Shown: positions 8,844-18,677, counted from the stretch's first letter. The stretch: DNA of 32,000 bases from Pseudothioglobus sp. nBUS_23 (GCF_051201565.1 NZ_CP179200.1:570001-602000), one strand, 5' to 3'. Made by a program: numbers and translations. The notes: generated by a model from the letters alone, not told the origin.

Positions 8844-11207
8844 ATGAGTTCTGTTCAACTTTCGGACTTTGAGGATAAATTTAAAAATCCTTCCGATGTT
8901 CTTCATGATGCTCTCAACGGGAGCTTTTTAGAGGCTTCAAAGGTTATGACGCCGAATGGCCTTAAGGTCTATTTAGATGGAGCTGGCGCTCTTCATGCAA
9001 TGGGGAAAGGAGAAGATATGGTGATTTCCTTCCTTGAGGAAACACCAATGGTTGTAAAGGAAGTTGGTGAATCAATAATTGGTGAAATTATCTTCTCAAT
9101 AATGAAGATGTCATCACAAACTTCTGCAGCAGTAATAGTCTTAATGATTTCTAGTCTTCCTAATGTCGCTAGGCGAATGAGTGATTTTGACTTATTAAAA
9201 GGTTATCTTAGATTATTGGAAAGAATGATTGCTCTTGCACCAAGAGGAATGAGACCAATGCTCAATAATATCGATTTATTGACTAGCAAGCTCACCCTAG
9301 GTGGTTTAAGGCGATGGGTATTATATGGCGCTGAAACATTTAACCGTGACTTCAAAGCGCAGATTGCCTACTTTGAATTGAGCAGTGCTGAGTCTTTACA
9401 AATTATTGAACAAGAAAGGCGAGGCACCTTATTTATTGATAATCAAAGAAAATTGCAGTTCTATCTTAGGGCATTTTATAACCGTGATTTTTTTCTTCGC
9501 CCTACTGCAGGTGATTATGAAACAAAAAAAGGTTTAAAGCCGTATATAGAGTATGGCGTTATGCATATACCTGATGCCTATGATGACTATAAACATGCTT
9601 CAGGAAAAATTGTTTCAGGTATTGATTGCTACAGAGCTGTCTGCTCTCATGCAGCAGCCCATATAATGGAGACAGAATCTGCTTTTAAGGGAGATACATT
9701 AAACCCCCTTGAGGTTGCCTGCGTTTCTCTTATTGAAGACCTAAGGGTCGAACTCAATACAATTAAAAAGTTCCCTGGCATGAAGAAAATATGGATTGCA
9801 CTTCATCCAGAAGATGACGATCTCAAAGAATTAAATCCATTCATATCTGATCTAGTCGATTTTTCTAGAGCAGCACTTGACAAAAAATATAGAGCTAAAC
9901 AGCCATTCAATTTGGAGTTTTTAAAGCTATTTAATGAAAAGATGTTAGAGTCTAGTGATTCATCTGAAATGAGTTTTGACCTGGGTATGCAATATTATGA
10001 GTTAATCAAATCTGAAACAGATGTAAAAATTAGTGCTTCGGCTCTTGTAGCTGCTCCAATTCCATATAGAGATGATAATCGATATATTTGGGACTATGAG
10101 GAGCTTGATTGGATTTCTGAAGGCAATGACTATGTTCCTGCAAGCCAAAGACAGATTCGACGAAAAGCTAATATTATGGAAATGTATAACGAATTAGATG
10201 TTGAGACAGCTGGTGATGATGCCCAAGAAATTTGGACTCTTGAGACTGAGTATTTTCCTGATGAGCTTGATGGAGTTAGTCTTAATGAAATCGAAGGCAA
10301 GGAGCCAGTAAGTGAGCCTTTTCACTACAATGAGTGGGACTATCAGTTACAGTTGTATCGTCCAAATTGGGCAACTTTATACGAAAGAAGGCTAAAAAAA
10401 GGCAACTTTGAGACAATTAATAAAATCTTGAAAGAGCATAAGCCAATTGCTAATCAACTCAAAAATGCGATTGATCAAATGCAGCCTCAAGGTTTGGTTA
10501 AATTAAAGAAGCAACAGGAGGGTAGTGAGCTTGATATAGATTCTTGCGTTTCGGCGCTTGCTGACATAAGGTCTGGCTCAACTCCTTCTGATAGGATTTA
10601 TATAAAAAAAGTTCAACATATACGAGATGTTTCAGTAAACCTTCTCATGGATTTATCGGAATCGACAAATGACATGGTTGTAGGAAGTGATAAAACGATC
10701 TTACAGTTGATGAAAGAGGCTACCTCTCTCTTATCCTGGGCAATCGATAAAATTGGAGACAAGCTTACAATAACTGGCTTTGCTTCAGATTCGAGGCATG
10801 ATGTCCAGTACTATCGATTTAAGCCATTTCACTATAGTTTTAATGATGAAGTGAAGGGTAGACTTGCAGGAATAAAGGGAGGGCTTTCAACTCGAATGGG
10901 CGCAGCAATGAGACATGCCGGAATAGATTTGTTGACGCAGTCTTCAGCCAAAAAAATATTGCTAGTTTTGACGGATGGAGAACCATCAGATATCGACGTT
11001 GATGATCCTCAGCATCTTCGAATGGATGCAAAAAAAGCTGTTGAAGAGTTAAGGAGTCATGGGATTATTACTTTTTGCATTAGCTTAGATCCTTATGCTG
11101 ATCAGTATGTGTCTAGAATTTTTGGAAAAAATAGATTTATGGTGATTGATAATCTTCAAAAACTTCCAGAAAGGCTTCCCCAATTATTTATTTCATTAAC
11201 AAAATAA
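8844..11207 (+). CDS. cbbO: CbbO, von Willebrand factor A domain adaptor of the CbbQ activase
   Basis: 787 aa with a C-terminal VWA domain carrying the MIDAS motif DLSEST and LVLTDGEPSD. It lies 8 nt downstream of cbbQ. Confidence 0.88.
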   Translation: MSSVQLSDFEDKFKNPSDVLHDALNGSFLEASKVMTPNGLKVYLDGAGALHAMGKGEDMVISFLEETPMVVKEVGESIIGEIIFSIMKMSSQTSAAVIVLMISSLPNVARRMSDFDLLKGYLRLLERMIALAPRGMRPMLNNIDLLTSKLTLGGLRRWVLYGAETFNRDFKAQIAYFELSSAESLQIIEQERRGTLFIDNQRKLQFYLRAFYNRDFFLRPTAGDYETKKGLKPYIEYGVMHIPDAYDDYKHASGKIVSGIDCYRAVCSHAAAHIMETESAFKGDTLNPLEVACVSLIEDLRVELNTIKKFPGMKKIWIALHPEDDDLKELNPFISDLVDFSRAALDKKYRAKQPFNLEFLKLFNEKMLESSDSSEMSFDLGMQYYELIKSETDVKISASALVAAPIPYRDDNRYIWDYEELDWISEGNDYVPASQRQIRRKANIMEMYNELDVETAGDDAQEIWTLETEYFPDELDGVSLNEIEGKEPVSEPFHYNEWDYQLQLYRPNWATLYERRLKKGNFETINKILKEHKPIANQLKNAIDQMQPQGLVKLKKQQEGSELDIDSCVSALADIRSGSTPSDRIYIKKVQHIRDVSVNLLMDLSESTNDMVVGSDKTILQLMKEATSLLSWAIDKIGDKLTITGFASDSRHDVQYYRFKPFHYSFNDEVKGRLAGIKGGLSTRMGAAMRHAGIDLLTQSSAKKILLVLTDGEPSDIDVDDPQHLRMDAKKAVEELRSHGIITFCISLDPYADQYVSRIFGKNRFMVIDNLQKLPERLPQLFISLTK

Positions 11208-11464
11208 TGAAGCAACTTAAAGATGAAAAATTAATTAACTTTGATCCAGACTATCCTTTTTTGCTTACTGATGACTGGAAAGATAGAAGAGCGCCAACAG
11301 TATATGAGATCTTAGCTACATCAAATACGCTTAAGCAAATGTACGCACAAAAAGTAAAAGAATTAGAGTCTGGGAAAATAAACAATGATGTTGGTGAACA
11401 GTTGTTAAGAAGAATTGCTACTAATTATCAATCAGTTAAATCTCTTCTTTTTCAAACAAGATAA
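11207..11464 (+). CDS. Hypothetical 85-aa protein, no recognisable family
   Basis: Its ATG overlaps the cbbO stop (TAATG at 11205-11209). It looks predominantly helical and charged. I recognise no motif. Confidence 0.5.
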   Translation: MKQLKDEKLINFDPDYPFLLTDDWKDRRAPTVYEILATSNTLKQMYAQKVKELESGKINNDVGEQLLRRIATNYQSVKSLLFQTR

Positions 11465-11468
11465 AAAT

Positions 11469-12002
11469 ATGAATCTTGCAACTTTTAAAACTGAAATTAA
11501 TAAATTAGACCAGGATTTTTTACAGTCTATTCTTGATGGCTCAGCTCTAGTGATGGATAAAGATGAGTTCCTTGATCTTGGAAACTCTAGTGGCGCCTTT
11601 GTTATTTTTTGGATAGAGGATGAAACTTTTAGTTCCGTCGAGGAATTGAAAGAGTATTTAGATTTTGAGGCAGAGGATTTGCTTTCAAATTATTATGTTC
11701 ATAGCCCCCTAAGTAGGGAATATTTTGAAAAAAGATTATTAGAATTAATGCTTGAATATGGGGAGGAGTCATTTTCATCACAACCTGAAGGTATGCCTCA
11801 GAAAAGTATTATGGTTACGAATGGTGAAATATCAATTTTGACTGAAAGTGATTATGTATTTAAGTATGGCCTTTATCTTAAACTTGATGAAAAATTGAAT
11901 CCTCAAATTTCAGCTGTTAAAGCCAAAAATTGGCTGCAGTCAGGAACAGCCTATAATGATTACATTGCAGTCAACGTTTTTCGTTTTAGCGCAATTGAAT
12001 AA
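11469..12002 (+). CDS. Hypothetical acidic 177-aa protein, no recognisable family
   Basis: ATG 11469 lies 4 nt after the preceding stop. The track's TTG 11415 start would overlap the upstream ORF by 50 nt. The protein is D/E-rich, with no TM segment or signal peptide. Confidence 0.5.
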   Translation: MNLATFKTEINKLDQDFLQSILDGSALVMDKDEFLDLGNSSGAFVIFWIEDETFSSVEELKEYLDFEAEDLLSNYYVHSPLSREYFEKRLLELMLEYGEESFSSQPEGMPQKSIMVTNGEISILTESDYVFKYGLYLKLDEKLNPQISAVKAKNWLQSGTAYNDYIAVNVFRFSAIE

Positions 12003-12044
12003 AAAATCTTGTACAATTATTGCTCCATTAGTAATGGGGCAAAT

Positions 12045-13352
12045 ATGAACCAGCATCAAAACTTTTTAAATACAGTTATCCAGCGTTTAGGTATTGGAAG
12101 TCCAAGTAAAAAGAGCCTAAATTCAGAGAATTTAATCAGTCTTTGTAATCAGCTTGTAAGCAAAAATGGTGAGGCGACTCTTTTTTCACTTGCAAAGTCT
12201 ATTCTAGAGGGATTTGAAAGTCTCTCAAATGATCAAAAGAAAACATTTTTTATAGAATTACTTAAACAGTTCAGTGTTAATCGCACATCATTAAAAAAAG
12301 CGTTAAAGGATCTAGACTATAACGATGAAGGGCAATTAAGAAAGCTGCATAAGTTAATAGAACCAAAGAGTCAAGAATTACTCAGAAGGCTCAATCAAGC
12401 TCCTAATGGAACCTCGTCTTTATTAAAAATGAGAGAATCTTTATTAAAATGTATTAAGGATTCTCCTGAATTAAAGTCGCTAGATTTTGATTTTGTACAC
12501 TTATTTAAGTCCTGGTTTAATCGTGGATTTTTAAGATTGGAGCGTATTGATTGGTCTACCAGTGCAAATGTTCTTGAAAAAATAATGGAGTATGAGGCTG
12601 TTCATGATATATCTGACTGGCAAGATCTTCAGAATAGAGTAGCTGCTGCCGATAGGCGTCTTTATGCTTTTTTTCACCCAGCATTGCCGGATGAGCCACT
12701 TATTTTTATCGAGGTTGCATTAATGAACGATGTTCCGGATTCTATTATGCCAATTCTGGATTTATCTGTTGAACCTATTAACCCACATAAGGCAAATACA
12801 GCTGTTTTTTATTCCATCTCTAATTGCCAAATGGCTCTAAAGGGAGTTTCTTTTGGTAGCTTCCTCATAAAACAAGTGGTATCTGAAATTCAGCAGGAGT
12901 TTAAAGAAATAAAGCAGTTTGTCACCCTATCTCCAGTTCCAGGACTTAGGAAATGGGCTCTTAAGATGAATACCTCAAAAGATGCAGAGTTTTCAGATAG
13001 CATCTCCAAAGATATAAGCGATTGCTGCAATAAAGAAGAGGTTGATCAGTCAACCTTAATCAGACTTACTTATCATTATCTGACTCAAATTAAAAATAAA
13101 AGTGGTGATGCAATTAATCACGTTGCGCATTTTCATTTAGGAAACGGTGCTTCAATCTATAAAATCCATGCAGCTGCAAATAGTAATCAAATAGCTAAAG
13201 ACGACTCTTGGGGAGTGATGGTGAATTACCTTTACGATTTAGATCTTGTTGCCAAAAATCATGAGTCATATGCTAACAAAGAGCCTATAGCAGTATCATC
13301 CAAGCTTACTAAATCTGTTCAAAGCAAAAAGAAAAAACTCTTGGCTTATTAG
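12045..13352 (+). CDS. Malonyl-CoA decarboxylase family protein
   Basis: Family blocks are present: RRLYAFFHPALPDEPLIFIEVAL, FVTLSPVPGLRKW and VAHFHLGNGA. I prefer ATG 12045 (MNQHQN...) over the track start TTG 12009. Confidence 0.8.
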   Translation: MNQHQNFLNTVIQRLGIGSPSKKSLNSENLISLCNQLVSKNGEATLFSLAKSILEGFESLSNDQKKTFFIELLKQFSVNRTSLKKALKDLDYNDEGQLRKLHKLIEPKSQELLRRLNQAPNGTSSLLKMRESLLKCIKDSPELKSLDFDFVHLFKSWFNRGFLRLERIDWSTSANVLEKIMEYEAVHDISDWQDLQNRVAAADRRLYAFFHPALPDEPLIFIEVALMNDVPDSIMPILDLSVEPINPHKANTAVFYSISNCQMALKGVSFGSFLIKQVVSEIQQEFKEIKQFVTLSPVPGLRKWALKMNTSKDAEFSDSISKDISDCCNKEEVDQSTLIRLTYHYLTQIKNKSGDAINHVAHFHLGNGASIYKIHAAANSNQIAKDDSWGVMVNYLYDLDLVAKNHESYANKEPIAVSSKLTKSVQSKKKKLLAY

Positions 13353-14035
13353 TTAAGCAAAAAGTAAACAAAAGCAACTATACCAAATAAAACTATTTGA
13401 TGCGATAGGTAGATGAATAATGCATGCTTGCCCATTAATTCAAGCAATCTTGAACGAAAAGTAAATACCTTTTGATAAAAAGGGTGATGACCAAGAAATA
13501 TTCCGATAAATACAAAGGATAGCCATGGAAACAATGGGTAGTAATCAACACTTCCATTAGGTAAAAATGACTCAAAAATATTTGAAAGAAAACCAAGATT
13601 GGGTTGATCAAAAATTATGCCAATCAGAATTAATATGGCTATCAAAAGTGAGGTTTTAGGCTGGTTTACAAATGCTAAAGCGATTAAAGATGAAACCCAA
13701 ATCAAATGAAGAATGCCAAAATAAACCCATCCATCAGGAAACATAATGAAGGTCCCAAATGATACGATGAGAGCAGCCATTCCAAGATAGGAGAGTCGTC
13801 TGAGGAATTTTTTGTATTGAATGCCTTTGCTGTGAGCAATGACTAAGCTAATTCCAACCGCGCTCAAAAATAAAAAAACTATCAAGCATCGCCAGGCTAT
13901 ACCTAGCCAATGCGTAAATAAAGGAATTTCTGTAAAACCAAAAGTGTTTAGATCATAGATAAAATGGAATACAATCATCATAATGATTGCTGTTCCTCTC
14001 ATTAAGTCAAGGGATGTGTCTCTATGATTAGACAT
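13349..14035 (-). CDS. DUF1624 / heparan-alpha-glucosaminide N-acetyltransferase-like membrane protein
   Basis: The N-terminal motif LDLMRGTAIIMMIVFHF is typical of DUF1624, and there are multiple TM helices. It lies 14 nt downstream of mog. Its stop overlaps the convergent decarboxylase stop. Confidence 0.6.
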   Translation of the reverse strand: MSNHRDTSLDLMRGTAIIMMIVFHFIYDLNTFGFTEIPLFTHWLGIAWRCLIVFLFLSAVGISLVIAHSKGIQYKKFLRRLSYLGMAALIVSFGTFIMFPDGWVYFGILHLIWVSSLIALAFVNQPKTSLLIAILILIGIIFDQPNLGFLSNIFESFLPNGSVDYYPLFPWLSFVFIGIFLGHHPFYQKVFTFRSRLLELMGKHALFIYLSHQIVLFGIVAFVYFLLN

Positions 14036-14049
14036 AAAATATGCAAAAT

Positions 14050-14580
14050 TTACTCAAATACTTGAGATACAAATGACTTGTCGATTGTAATTATTGATTC
14101 ATCAAGTAGCTCAATACATTTTGGCACTGCAAGAAAAACAGCTCCAAGACAAACCGCAATAGCTACAGGCTTTCCTGGAAGATTAATCATGAGTGTTTTG
14201 CCTCGAGTCCCAGCAATCTGTCTCGATAGAATTGCTGTTGGAACTGTTCGAAGTGACACTATCCTCATCTGTTCGGCAAAGCCATCAAAGATTCTCTCAC
14301 ATACTGCCTCTGTCGCCTCAGGGGTGACATCTCTTGTTGTTGGTCCTGTTCCTCCAGTAGTTAGAATAAGATTGCATCCTAGATTATCACTCATATCGAT
14401 TAAAGATTCTTCAATTAGTGGCTGCTCATCTTCAATCACTTTCGTAACAGTATCATAAGGACAGGTAACAGCATTTGCAATCCAGTCCTGCATTGCTGGT
14501 CCGCTTATATCTTCATATACTCCCCTAGCTGCTCTGTCTGAAATCGTAAGAAAACCAATCTTAATTTTATTATTTGCCAT
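14050..14580 (-). CDS. mog: Molybdopterin adenylyltransferase
   Basis: IGFLTISDRAARGVYEDISGP and LTTGGTGPTTRDVTPEAT closely resemble enterobacterial MogA. Confidence 0.85.
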   Translation of the reverse strand: MANNKIKIGFLTISDRAARGVYEDISGPAMQDWIANAVTCPYDTVTKVIEDEQPLIEESLIDMSDNLGCNLILTTGGTGPTTRDVTPEATEAVCERIFDGFAEQMRIVSLRTVPTAILSRQIAGTRGKTLMINLPGKPVAIAVCLGAVFLAVPKCIELLDESIITIDKSFVSQVFE

Positions 14581-14588
14581 ATATATTT

Positions 14589-14825
14589 TTAACCTCCAGT
14601 CACTGGTGGGAAGAAGGCGACCTCATCTGAATCATTAACTAATGTATCTTCAGAAGCTATCTCTTGGTTGACTGCACATAGTATATTTTTTGGGAAGTGA
14701 TGTTCCCCGTATTTTTGAATTAGCTGTTCTTTAATCGTTGATATTTTGACTGGTGATTTAAAAGAAAAGTCTTCATCAGAGGTATTTAAGTTTTCTTTGA
14801 GTGAGGCAAAATAAAGAATTTTCAT
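14589..14825 (-). CDS. moaD: Molybdopterin synthase sulfur-carrier subunit
   Basis: 78 aa, ubiquitin-like size, C-terminal ...PPVTGG. It overlaps moaA by 4 nt. Confidence 0.85.
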   Translation of the reverse strand: MKILYFASLKENLNTSDEDFSFKSPVKISTIKEQLIQKYGEHHFPKNILCAVNQEIASEDTLVNDSDEVAFFPPVTGG

Positions 14826-15817
14826 CCTCCCATCTCCACCATCTGTCGATTACTAATATTATCAACAACTGAGTCAAAAAAATGTTTTTCAGGTTTTTTT
14901 GTAATTGCATTGAGAATTAATTGCTTAACTTCCTGATCTTTCATACCAGATCTAATTGCATCTCTAAGAGAAACAGAGTCTTTCTGACCAAGGCAAAGGA
15001 TTAATTCACCTTTGGCAGTCAACCTGACTCGATTGCAGCTACTACAAAAGTTATTAGATACTGCAGAAATTGTTCCTATACTAGTGTTTGTGCCTTCAAT
15101 TTTAAGCGCTTTTGCAGGGCCATCAGTTTGCTTAGAGTCTTGGGATATGAGTCTATCTCCATAAGCCGAGTAAACCCGCTCTAAAATATCTTTTTCACTG
15201 AGGTGTCTATCTACTGCCTCTATTCCAGCAAGACCAATGGGCATTGTTTCAATAAATCGAAGGTCTAGGCCTCTATTAATTGCAAACTCAATCATTGATT
15301 CAATTTCATCATCATTAGTACCCTTCATGACAACCATATTAAGCTTGATTGGTTTCATCCCAACTGATATCGCAGCATCGATTCCATTGATAACAGTTTC
15401 CAAATCTCCATCTCTTGTAATTTCTTTAAACCTCTCAGGGATAAGAGAATCGATAGAGATATTAGCTCTATTGATGCCATGATTTTTTAACTTCAAAGCC
15501 ATCGCTGGCAAAAGATGGGCATTAGTTGACAGGGGAATGTCACTCAGTCCGGGGATACCACCGAGCATTCTAGTTAAATCAAGAATATCTTTTCGGAGCA
15601 ATGGCTCTCCTCCAGTGAGTCGAACTTTGGTCACTCCTAGTTCAGCAAACAATCGAACAATTCTTGCAATTTCTTCGAAGGTCAAAACCTGCGCTTTTTT
15701 AGTATGAGTTTGGTGATCCTCATCTCTACAGTAATGACAACGATAGTTGCAATGATCAGTAACTGAGACTCTCAAGTAGGTAATTTTTCTGTTGAATGGA
15801 TCAACTATTTGATTCAT
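14822..15817 (-). CDS. moaA: GTP 3',8-cyclase (radical SAM)
   Basis: N-terminal CNYRCHYC cluster, a second cluster [13 protein letters not shown], and a C-terminal GG. Confidence 0.93.
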   Translation of the reverse strand: MNQIVDPFNRKITYLRVSVTDHCNYRCHYCRDEDHQTHTKKAQVLTFEEIARIVRLFAELGVTKVRLTGGEPLLRKDILDLTRMLGGIPGLSDIPLSTNAHLLPAMALKLKNHGINRANISIDSLIPERFKEITRDGDLETVINGIDAAISVGMKPIKLNMVVMKGTNDDEIESMIEFAINRGLDLRFIETMPIGLAGIEAVDRHLSEKDILERVYSAYGDRLISQDSKQTDGPAKALKIEGTNTSIGTISAVSNNFCSSCNRVRLTAKGELILCLGQKDSVSLRDAIRSGMKDQEVKQLILNAITKKPEKHFFDSVVDNISNRQMVEMGG

Positions 15818-16293
15818 GATTCTAAAATCCAGTGGCCTGACTTACCACCTTTTTTTTCTAAAAGTTGAACATTATCAATAACCATAAAGCGATCAACTGC
15901 TTTGCACATATCGTAAACAGTCAGAGCAGCAATACTTGCCGCAGTTAGTGCTTCCATCTCAACACCTGTTCTTCCATTAAGCTTTGCAGTAGCAGTGATT
16001 TCAATGCAATTCTTATCAGTGTTGGGAGTAAGTTCAACGTTGACCTTTGTGAGCATTAACGGATGGCAAAGTGGGATAAGTTCTGAGCATTTCTTTGCAG
16101 CTTGTATGCCTGCTATCTTTGCTACTGAGAGAACATCACCTTTTTTATGAGAGCCTGAGACTATCAATTCTAGAGTGTTGCTTTGCATTACAACTCTAGC
16201 TCCAGCTTTGGCTTCTCGCATAGTGCTTTCTTTGTCCGAAACATCAACCATTTGCGCTTCGCCATTTGAATTGATATGTGTTAATTTGCTCAT
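15814..16293 (-). CDS. moaC: Cyclic pyranopterin monophosphate synthase
   Basis: 159 aa with MVDVSDK and [23 protein letters not shown] blocks. It has 4-nt overlaps with both neighbours. Confidence 0.92.
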   Translation of the reverse strand: MSKLTHINSNGEAQMVDVSDKESTMREAKAGARVVMQSNTLELIVSGSHKKGDVLSVAKIAGIQAAKKCSELIPLCHPLMLTKVNVELTPNTDKNCIEITATAKLNGRTGVEMEALTAASIAALTVYDMCKAVDRFMVIDNVQLLEKKGGKSGHWILES

Positions 16294-17552
16294 CTTGTTA
16301 GCTCACTTAGTGGGTAGTAATCAAGAATGGTACCAGTATCAAATACAGTATTTTCAGGTATCTCAATAATTCCATCTGCCCAAACAACTGAGCTCATTAC
16401 ATCTGAGCCTTGTTTTGGATATAAACTCGCAATAGGAATTTCTGATGAGTAGTCAATCTTTACCCGCGCATATTCTCTTCTAGGTTTAGCACGCTTACAG
16501 TCAAAATTTGTTTTCACTTTAATTGGCTCATTTTTGAAATTGCTGTTTCCTTGTATTTTCTTAATGTAAGGTAGGGCAAAAATACAGTAAGTAACAAAGC
16601 TAGATACAGGATTTCCTGGAAGACCAATAAAAGGAATATTCTTCACTTGACCATAGGCGAGTGGCTTACCAGGCTTCATTTTAATTTTCCATAGACTAAG
16701 TGAGCCAAGTTTTTCAACTGCAGGCTTAACATGATCTTCTTCACCCACTGAAACTCCCCCAGTCGTCATAATCAAATCACAGTCGTTCGATAGTTTTTCA
16801 AGTGCACCACAGGTTGAATCAAAATTATCTTTAATGTTGCCAAGATTAAGAACTTCACACCCAGCGTTTTTTAAAAGAGCGACTAACGCATATCGATTCG
16901 AATTATAAATTTTTCCTACTGTTAAGGAGTTACCAGGCTCAACCAGTTCATCTCCAGTGAAGAAGACTCCAACCTTAAGCCTTTTAAAGACGTGAAGCTC
17001 TCCGATGCCAACTGATGCTGCAAGGGATATATCTTCAGGTTTAATTTTTTTTCCAGTTTTAAGGATTACATCATTCTTTAAAATATCATTGCCTGTTGGA
17101 CGAATATTTTCATTCAATTCAATAGATCTACTAATTGTTATCTCTGAGCCATCTTCAGAGGCTTGACACTCCTCTTGCATGATAACTGTATTTGCCCCTT
17201 TTGGTATGGGTGCCCCCGTAAAGATTCTTGCAGCATTCCCTTTTTTAAGTTCCTTTCCAGTGGAACCGGCAGCAATTCTATCAACAACGCTAAAGGTTTG
17301 ATTTATTGAATCCAGTTTTTTCTCATCGAGCGCAATTGTATATCCATCCATTGCACTATTATCGAACCCTGGCACATTAATTTTAGAGTGAATGTCTTCA
17401 GAGAGTATTCTTCCAATTGAGTCATCTAAAGATGTAATTTCAGTATGCTCTGAAACCTGAGCTGAATCAATTAAAAATTCGAGCGCATCATCAGCACTCA
17501 TGAGAGAATTGCTGAACATTGGAGAGCTCGATTTGTTTGATTGATCATTCAT
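16290..17552 (-). CDS. moeA: Molybdopterin molybdenumtransferase
   Basis: 420 aa with [10 protein letters not shown] and [12 protein letters not shown] motifs. Confidence 0.9.
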   Translation of the reverse strand: MNDQSNKSSSPMFSNSLMSADDALEFLIDSAQVSEHTEITSLDDSIGRILSEDIHSKINVPGFDNSAMDGYTIALDEKKLDSINQTFSVVDRIAAGSTGKELKKGNAARIFTGAPIPKGANTVIMQEECQASEDGSEITISRSIELNENIRPTGNDILKNDVILKTGKKIKPEDISLAASVGIGELHVFKRLKVGVFFTGDELVEPGNSLTVGKIYNSNRYALVALLKNAGCEVLNLGNIKDNFDSTCGALEKLSNDCDLIMTTGGVSVGEEDHVKPAVEKLGSLSLWKIKMKPGKPLAYGQVKNIPFIGLPGNPVSSFVTYCIFALPYIKKIQGNSNFKNEPIKVKTNFDCKRAKPRREYARVKIDYSSEIPIASLYPKQGSDVMSSVVWADGIIEIPENTVFDTGTILDYYPLSELTR

Positions 17553-17645
17553 GATGTTCCAATTTTTTTTTATCTATACTGTGTATTATACAATTGCAAG
17601 AAAATTTCCAAATTACAAAAAACTTGAAAAAAGGACATTAATTAA

Positions 17646-18224
17646 TTGAAAAAAATTTTAAAACGTGAGATTTCATCAGTGATCTTGGCGGGTGGTCAAG
17701 GACTAAGAATGAATGGAGTAGATAAGGGTTTGGTGGAATTTCGGGGACTACCTTTGGTTGCTCATCTTATAAGTGTTATAGATTCAAGAGTTCATAAGAT
17801 ATATATTAGTGCGAATAGAAGTTTTGATTCTTACTCAACCTATGGAGAAGTCATTTCAGATGATTTAATGAACTTCCAAGGACCCCTTGCTGGAATTTCA
17901 AAAGCGTTAAAGGTTTGTTCAACTAAGTATCTCCTCGTTCTTCCATGCGATAGCCCCCTAGTTGATTCCAAGCTTATCGATGACTTAATAATTAAAATGG
18001 AACAAAAAGATGCAGATATTTGTGTAGCACATGATGGCTCAATCATGCATGCAACATTCGCTTTGATGAGGTCAAACTTGAGTAAAAGTCTTGATTCTTT
18101 TCTTAAAGATGGGGGTCGTAAAATGGCTCATTGGTATCGCCAACAGAATTTAGAAAGGGTTGATGTATCTGATCGTTTGGAGGTGTTAACTAATCTTAAT
18201 AGCCTAGAAGATATGAATTTTTGA
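17646..18224 (+). CDS. mobA: Molybdenum cofactor guanylyltransferase
   Basis: VILAGGQGLRMNGVDKGL and LVLPCDSP motifs. The TTG start at 17646 is uncertain; an in-frame GTG lies 11 codons downstream. Confidence 0.85.
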   Translation: MKKILKREISSVILAGGQGLRMNGVDKGLVEFRGLPLVAHLISVIDSRVHKIYISANRSFDSYSTYGEVISDDLMNFQGPLAGISKALKVCSTKYLLVLPCDSPLVDSKLIDDLIIKMEQKDADICVAHDGSIMHATFALMRSNLSKSLDSFLKDGGRKMAHWYRQQNLERVDVSDRLEVLTNLNSLEDMNF

Positions 18225-18227
18225 AGC

Positions 18228-18677
18228 TCACCAGCGTTTTTTTTGTTCTTCATCACTTTCTCTCTTGCAAACCCATTTTTCTTCCTTGTCAGAAACCTCT
18301 TTTTTCCAGAATGGGGCATCCGTTTTTAAGAAATCCATTATATAGTTACATGAATCAAAAGCTGCTTGTCGATGCTTGCTTGAAGTAATAACTAAAACTA
18401 TTTGATCACCAACGACAAGAGTTCCAACACGATGAATAATCGTAACAGATTCAATTTCCCATTTTTTTCTTGCTTTGTCAGCAATTGATCTAAGTGATTT
18501 TTCCGTCATCCCTGGATAGTGCTCTAAGGTCAAGGAGATGAGAGATTCGCTTGTTAAATCTCGAACAGTTCCAATAAAGCTAACTACTGCCCCAATGCTG
18601 GAGTTAGTTGACTTAATTAACTCAACTTCAGAAGTTAGGTCAAAGTCATCAGTTTGAACAACAATTTTATCCATCAT
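18228..18677 (-). CDS. moaE: Molybdopterin synthase catalytic subunit
   Basis: 149 aa with the MoaE-like core (GAVVSFIGTVRD, HYPGMTEK, IVLVITSSKHRQAAF). It is convergent with mobA across a 3-nt gap. Confidence 0.85.
   Translation of the reverse strand: MMDKIVVQTDDFDLTSEVELIKSTNSSIGAVVSFIGTVRDLTSESLISLTLEHYPGMTEKSLRSIADKARKKWEIESVTIIHRVGTLVVGDQIVLVITSSKHRQAAFDSCNYIMDFLKTDAPFWKKEVSDKEEKWVCKRESDEEQKKRW

Noticed and set aside
11415-11468. The track's TTG start would give a 195-aa version of the second unknown ORF.
   Set aside because: It would overlap the preceding ORF by 50 nt and add an odd hydrophobic N-terminus. ATG 11469, 4 nt after the upstream stop, is simpler. The choice remains uncertain because neither start has a strong SD.
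14078-14458. A 126-aa plus-strand ORF lies antisense to mog. Similar antisense or nested ORFs are 1215..1457, 1640..1855, 2256..2495, 8664..8906, 10840..11031, 15237..15482, 16175..16369, 17840..18046, 18128..18319, 19255..19449, 19525..19734, 23673..23858, 24033..24254, 25592..25801, 26502..26705, 26699..27097, 27052..27282, 30303..30518, 30970..31251 and 31438..31650.
   Set aside because: Each lies within or opposite a gene with strong family motifs. Their sequences are low-complexity or compositionally odd, and none has a recognisable domain.
17553-17645. I considered a possible Moco riboswitch in the leader of the moeA-moaCAD-mog operon.
   Set aside because: The spacer is only 93 nt and extremely AT-rich, shorter than the roughly 130-150 nt Moco RNA motif. 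I could not find its conserved GC-rich paired elements.
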